A DNA stretch of 64,000 bases from Tubiluchus corallicola (lineage: Eukaryota > Animalia > Priapulida), in contig JAQGDQ010000004.1 of NCBI GenBank assembly GCA_030141605.1, positions 186,001 to 250,000 of the forward strand. The letters run 5' to 3'. The notes under the pieces were generated by a model. The model searched no databases, had not been told where the DNA came from, and was given only the letters and a program-made list of their open reading frames with translations. Positions 57,240-64,000 of the stretch are shown here, in pieces. The stretch's first letter is position 1, and every line of letters starts with the position of its first letter. The position numbers were made by a program, and so were the translations under genes.

Positions 57240-57600
57240 GGTAAACCAACCAGTTGCGATGATGTTAAAAGTTTCCCGCAAGCCTATCAGTTTAATACCA
57301 AATGTTCGATTTTGACACAGCCTACACATAAGTATCTCACCAAGAGAGATGCAAAATTTGAATGGAATGATGAGTGTGAGCATGCTTATGCTGGCATTAT
57401 GACCGAGACCCTTCAACCCCAACAAACCAACAGTGCATGTTTCTGATGCTGGACCTGAAAGAAATAAGCTTTGTAATATTCCAGATCAAAGAAGGTTGTA
57501 CGTGGGTTCCCAGTGCTCATTCTGGCAGCCATGCTCTAACACTGTGTGAACAGCGATACCCACAAACTGAAACGGAGTCACCCGCTCAGTCATGGGAAAT
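57240..57600 (+). mobile_element. Ty3/gypsy pol (RT connection / RNase H) remnant
   Basis: LTKRDAKFEWNDECEHAY, PFNPNKPTVHVSDAGP and WVPSAHSGSHALTLCEQRYPQTETES, spread across frameshifts. Confidence 0.8.
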
Positions 57601-58279
57601 GATCATATGAGTTATTTATATTTATAATGTAAATGCTTTAGTTCATATTGGTGTGACTTGGCTGATGGCTGCACACGTTTTTTTTCGCCACCCCTTCTCT
57701 CTTTGCATTCATGGTATAATCGTACATTAAAACGCTAAAGCCTTGAATGAGACAAATAAATGAACAGAACAGAATTAAATGATGTGTCTGATCTTTATAT
57801 CTGATAATTAGTTAGCATCTTACAGAAAGTTAAACTTTGTTTTTTAACGCAGTTACTGTTTGTAATTTTCAATAACTATACAGTTTATGCATGGTATTAA
57901 AAAATAATGCGTGTAACACAATTTCTATTTTAAGTACTTTCACAGTTTAAAGAAAACAGCAATACTGTTGTTAAAAAAATTGTAGGTGACTATTGATTTT
58001 GATATACGAACTGACAATCATTGATTTACAAAATTTCCATCTTCCCCTTTGGGAGGCAAACTTTTGATGACCGTCGCGGTTTCAACTCTAATAAACGTGT
58101 TACTAAGATGACATCATGATCATGCTAGCTGTGTTAGTCGAAATGACCGATTTTTCCGCCTAGACTACCACGTGTGAATTCAACTAACATTTATGACAAA
58201 TTGAAGGAAAAGGTCAAATAAAGCAATATAATTTGCAACGTTCTTAAAGCAATAAAAACAGCGGAGCAATTTAATAATG

Positions 58280-61200
58280 TCAGTTTTTGTTATTTTGTTC
58301 ACAATAGACGGGAGGTACATTATCTAGTAAGCTGAGAAGATAATCAAAGACCATGTCTGGCATAAACTGAATGATAACTTTGGCGATCCAATCAGTTGCG
58401 CTGGGTTCATAGTGATATCTTGGTGCAGCGTCTAGCACAGCATTTACTACAGCAACACAAACCTAAAATATGTAAAAGACAAGTTTTATTTTCTCCCAAC
58501 CAGAAACAATTTTTACACCCATATTATACAAACCATATTGATTCACAGAAATTAAAGTAAATAAAGTAAATGACAGATGTAGATAGATAGGATCTGACTT
58601 TTACACAACTTAGTGGAATTGCAGTTTTAACAATAACTTATCTTTAATCTTTTATAACATAAACTTAATTTTCTAGTTTTGTTGTCTAGAATTTCAAAGT
58701 CAATAATTTTTCCTTGGCACATACCTCGCCGGTCTTCACACTAGCCTGATTTTCAAAAGTTCTGTTATATCGTTTCTTCACATTGTTACAATATTTGTCA
58801 CCGTACACTTGTTTTATGTCTGGTTTTTTAGGATTGTTGTACAAAGCATCAATATTTCTTAACACGGCACTCGCCTCACTCATAGGCGTTCTACGAAAAT
58901 ATAAAATCTTTAGGAGCAGTAAGCAACAAAATTATCCAGTATCTTTGTATGGTGGGAATATCTTTACCAATCACGAGTACTATCGTTACTAAGTGGCACA
59001 CATTGTGCTATACTGTGCTTTTAGACTAGAAAAATTCCCAAAAACGTACTTCTATAAAGTTCTAGATGCGTTTTTTCTTAGAAGCGGACAACATAACTAG
59101 TCTTATCATTATGCTGAATCCGAAAAAAGTGTTTTCCCTTGAAAAATTAGCAGAAAGGGCAGAGAAACACAAAAAACGAAATTGTTGTCAATTTTTTACA
59201 CAAACAGGATAAATCAACAGAAATTTCCAGAAAACTAATATTAAGAAGCGATTATGACATTTATTTTAGTGAAGATCTATTCCAAGCCATCTTTTATCTC
59301 TCTCTGTACATGCCGAGGTCTAGTTGCAACCAGTACTGTGATGCAATGGGATGCAATGACGGACCTGACGCTTTTTAAGGGCCTATGGCATTCACATTAT
59401 CATATGGCCTGAGATATGACTTCAAACTCTAGCAACAGCCAGTTTTTTTTCTATCTTGAAAACTGCTTCCATATCAGATGCTGCTCTAAATCCTTGAGAA
59501 TTAAAGCCTATTAAAATCCTTATCCTATTTGCCAAAAAATATGCAAATAACTCGGACATTAACCAAGCAGCCATATTTTAGCATCACTCACAGATAAGAT
59601 TACTTGACCTTGCAGTTCTATATTTAGACACCAAAATCGTCATCTCCTGTGCTTTAACAGCTAATATGCGGCTTTTAAAAACTAGTAACAGCCATCTTGT
59701 TGACCATTTGAAAATAGCTGCCATGTTACTGATGTTAGACGATTTTCGATTTTTCTCATATTCAAAATAATCGCCTTGATGAGTTCTAGCTTTGTGCAAA
59801 GTTTCATAACTTTTAGGACAAATCAGGCAGTTTTTCACTATTCTGGTAGATTATAGAATATCAGAAATCCGGCAATCCTTTGGCTTTTTGCTTATTGGAC
59901 TATTTTGAGATCCGTTTTGGGATCCGATTCAGCTTTTTCGATTCACCAAGGTCGAATAAATAGAAATAAGTTTACTTTTCGTTTTATAATAAAGATTTAG
60001 GTGAAAAATTTAATACAATGACACATTTGGCATAATTTCCTTTTGCGTGACTGCCATTTTTGAAATAAAAGTGAAAGAAATGAATTCTTCAGTTCCGCGT
60101 ACCCAGGAGCACATGTCTTAATTACCCCTTAATTTTAATGTACTCCGAATTTCTTTTCATTTCTATTGTTTGGCCAAAAACGTTAATTTTTGCATTTTTG
60201 ACCCTTTTTCGCCAATATTTCAAGCTGGCAACGTTTTTTTCGGGTTCTTCATAGTCAAACTGATGGCTATATTGCCCACTTTTGGAAACGCCCCAAGGTT
60301 CCACTTCTCTGAAGAGTTGTCTTGTCTATTTGTCAGCTTTTTTATTTTTCTTATTTCAATTTTGCACGAAAACGATCCTATCTTTCATTGTAAAAAAGAC
60401 TTTCGGTTGTTCAGAAAAACGAGGCAATCTGTTTTTGGCTTACTCAAAAACAAATGTATTTCGCCATGTACGTGACATAGTTTTATACGCCCCGATGCTG
60501 AAAAATTGTCGCCATGTGTAAGAATAAAGATAAAGCACCTATTTGTTTAGCAACCGATGCTTAATATCATATATGAACATCGTGTAAAAGAGAAAATGTG
60601 TAATAATTTTCCCAAAGCATAATAAAATCGACTTATTATATAATAAATTAAATGTAATAAGAAAGTTGCCTTTTTGTAATAAGCCTTTCAGTGATCGTAT
60701 GTGTCTTCAATACAGTTCTGTTTGGGAGTAGACTTATTGAAGATCGTTGGTGGTAGTTTACTTATCAGCACTATTTTTACGACTGTTCAATGTGAAAATA
60801 AACTGAAAAAGAACTTTAGTTAATGAAATCGCACGCTTCTATGCGTCTGTTATGTTATAATAAATTAATAAAATCTCATCAAAATTAATGTGAATAAAGC
60901 AAAAACAACAAATGGCAAATCGTAACAAATCATTAAAATGTTAAAACTTAAATGGCATGCTGAACCCAACAAAAAACGGTTGCAGAGTGGGAAGAAATAA
61001 GAATAGGTTATTTTATATTGTGCGAATATTATGCTGCAGCACGATGACCCGCGATGGATTACTGTGAAATACATAAGACCTACCTGTACAGTTTTGGTTC
61101 TATACTGATGACATTTATTCCAAACGGCTTGAGTTCTTTGCGAAGTATATCATTATACGCTTTGGTAGCTGCTTTTGACATAGAATAAGATGCAGTTAAA

Positions 61201-63770
61201 GGCATATGGAATCTGGCTGAAAACCGTGAAAATTTATTGAGAAATTTGTAAATCATTCTTTGAAACTAGCTCTCTAGGTGAAAAATTTCTTCCACGAAGA
61301 AGAAAAAGTTTTATTGGTGAAGTACTAGTAATAAGCAAAACAAAGTATCATGCAAATGGGTCAGATTCAGAACGGTATAATGGTATTAATGAACTGAACA
61401 TATTTTGTGGGAGAAACATATATTACAGTATGGTCCGGCAAATTTAGACATATAAGGCTTTAGCGTAAGGAGGTCCTAATTTAATTGAGTAAAGGACGAA
61501 AGTTCAATGATGGAGTCCCTGAGCAGGGACATGTTCTGGAAATATTGTTAAAATGAAAATTATTGGCCACTCACTTGCGAAGTAAGCTATAAAGAGGTCT
61601 GTTTCATCGTGATATTGTTGGTTTTTCGTTCTTGTTCATATAATGTTATTTTGAATGACTTAACAGCACCAACGGAAGGACATTACCCGAAACAATAGCA
61701 TTTTACTAAAGGCGAGCAAAATGTACGTTCATACATATACATAAATGCGTGCATATGTACGTCCGTGTGTGCATGCGCTTGTGCTTAGGTGCACATAATT
61801 CAATGCTTCGTATTCCAGATCTATTTTGTTAACAGTGCAATGATTGGAAAACATTTGTTCCATCCATTTACTAACCAGGCCCAGTAGTGACTAATTTCGG
61901 TCGTAAAATGTTCAACACTTACCTGCAACACTAATAACGTTCACTATTCGTCCTTTGGATTCACGTAGCAACGGCAGAAAATGTTGAGAGACGTTCTGAA
62001 CACCAAGCGTATTAACTTCTAATCATTTTCTAAAATCATTGGTATCTATCCATTCTGATGGTGCCAACAATGCAATCCCAGCATTATTCACAATTGCATG
62101 AAGATCTGTAATATAAACAAGCATTGATCATTCACTTTAAGTGACTAGACAGTTAGCCACACAGGGAATCAGCCAGCCACTCACGCCTCTGCATGCTATT
62201 TGGTGAAAACATTGTGCATAAAGTTTAAATACTTGTGTAAATCACTTCTGCCTGCAAAAAGAGGCCACTTGTTACATATACATAAGTGAAACCATAGATA
62301 CATAAAATTTGTCATCATCATCAAGTAGTCAGTCATCAGTCGATCACCAGATACCCAAACACAGTGAGCAAAATAGACACAAAATTGGTAGTCACTCTGA
62401 CAATTAGAAGCGGTTCCTGGGCTCAGTGAAATAAGTAAGCATAATTAAAGTTTTTTATGTATTAGCTTTCCTGTAAAATATTAAATTATATGTAGGCATA
62501 TTTCAACATTTGGAAAGACACAATATACATATGTAATGATTATTTAACAAACTTTGCAGATCTATGCAAAGATAAATCAAAAATCACGTACGCTTTCCGT
62601 TTAGATTCTCCTTTACATAAGCCAATGCGTTCCTAATACTTTGATCAACTGTAACATCAAGCTGTACGATATGCAACGAGCTTGAACATTCCCTTTTCAA
62701 TTTCAGTGCCTCATCCTTTTCTGAAAACAAGCATCCGGCAAAAACTGTAAGGCCGAGTTCGTCGAGTTTCCTAGCTATTTCATTGCCGAAGCCTGTGTCA
62801 CAACCTGGCAGAAAGAAAAAGTTGGTTAATTATTTGAGAATCGGAGAATTTGCCGTTTATTTACTTCTCTTTAGATTTTAAATTCTTTCTAATTTTCCAC
62901 CTCACACTACTCGCGATATAACTTCGAAAGACATTAAGTAATGACGCATAATATATGCAGTATGTGTAGTAGTAGTAAAAATCTAAGAGAAGAAAATTAT
63001 AAGTCATCAGCTCATCATCAACAGCAGCATCGTTATCACTCCTATCTCCACCGTCATAGTTGGCATATCATCATCATCATCCTGAAAAGCTAAACAAATA
63101 GGGAGAAACACCTACTTAAAGTTATAAAGTCAATTGCAAATTTACATTTTTTTACATTGCAAATTCTGTTAAAATTTTTGTAGTAGGCATTCGTTACTTA
63201 CGCTTAATATCTCTGCTTTACTCGTCTTTACTTTATTTACTTTTATGCAAGTTTAGTACATATACAAATCGTAACAAATGCATGGATTGCAGAAGCCGTC
63301 AATCTTCTACTAGCTTATAATGTTATTAGATACATATGTCCAAGGTAGCTCTTATACAGTCGTTATATACACACATAATTGGAGCGCGAATACAATAAGA
63401 AGATATCATTTCTTCCCATTTAGCAATCTAAGATACCTGTTACAAAGACACATTTCCCCGGCGATGAGACGTACTTTATCTTTCTTCGTCGTTCATAAAT
63501 CTTGCAAAAAACGTAGAATATTGAATAAGAAATAACAAGTTTAAATATCAACGTAAGAATCCAGTGATCAAACAAGAGTGTAACAAAAAATATACTAGCA
63601 AATGCAAAAAAATACGCTACTCTAGTGTGTTTATCTTGTTGATTCATTTCAGCGGTGTTGCTTGTGCCCATACAAGAAAATTGTGTAGTTTTATAGCTTG
63701 TGCGTACTTTGTGCTTGAACTTTGCACTTCGTGAATAACATACTAACAGGGTACACCGGGGCAAGGACAT
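58280..63770 (-). CDS. Short-chain dehydrogenase/reductase of the RDH/HSD17B2/HSD11B2/BDH1 group with N-terminal hydrophobic anchor; one in-frame TGA
   Basis: Exons 63437-63770 (...TM segment...KCVFVT; start may be a downstream Met), 62592-62804 (GCDTGFGNEIARKLDELGLTVFAGCL...VQLDVT), 61923-62105 (LHAIVNNAGI...NDFRK*LEVNTLG...FLPLLRESKGRIVNVISVA), 61084-61216 (YSMSK catalytic motif...LRKELKPFGINVISIEP), 58725-58890, 58280-58462 (...APRYHYEP...*). All GT-AG with consistent phases; TGA at 62023-62025. Confidence 0.9.
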
Positions 63771-64000
63771 AAAAGTAACACCTAAGAAAAAAGTAGCACC
63801 TCGCCTGACCTAGGTAACACTTATAATACACTATTTACTGAAACAAGATGCTGAAAAACGCATGATACTCCATCTACAAAGTTCATTTTTGTAAAAATAA
63901 ATTGGAAGCCTTTCCCTTTGGTTTTTATTATTGCGGTTTGATCAGTATCCCCATCCACTTGCATCTGTAAAATCACAACTTGGAAAATTACGCCATTTTA

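Noticed and set aside
59020-60530. ORFs within the large SDR intron
   Set aside because: Look like non-coding DNA-transposon-derived sequence; no protein motifs and no ends I could define

Overview
AT-rich, intron-rich eukaryotic DNA from an invertebrate animal (the 5S rRNA looks lophotrochozoan-like, which is inference). Exons were assembled by hand from splice signals and translation. Five protein-coding genes: (1) the 5' half of VPS11 (minus, 14 exons, runs off the left edge); (2) an unidentified ~12-exon coiled-coil gene (plus, ~15.5-27.6 kb) with a U12-type AT-AC intron that contains a full-length 5S rRNA gene; (3) an intronless secreted coiled-coil + cbEGF + fibulin-C gene (minus, 47.8-49.1 kb); (4) a Ral GTPase (plus, ~51.8-55.9 kb) with TTG at the usual start position; (5) an RDH/HSD17B2/HSD11B2-type short-chain dehydrogenase (minus, 58.3-63.8 kb). 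The dehydrogenase is intact except for one in-frame TGA at a position that is Cys in several homologues; this could be selenocysteine, readthrough or a nonsense allele. Mobile DNA includes a Merlin element with TIRs and a perfect 8-bp TSD, LINE remnants, a Penelope-like GIY-YIG remnant, a gypsy remnant, a tRNA-derived SINE and MITEs. A ~1.5-kb near-tandem duplication has a LINE fragment inside the (GA)n microsatellite of one copy only. Most entries in the supplied ORF track are spurious.
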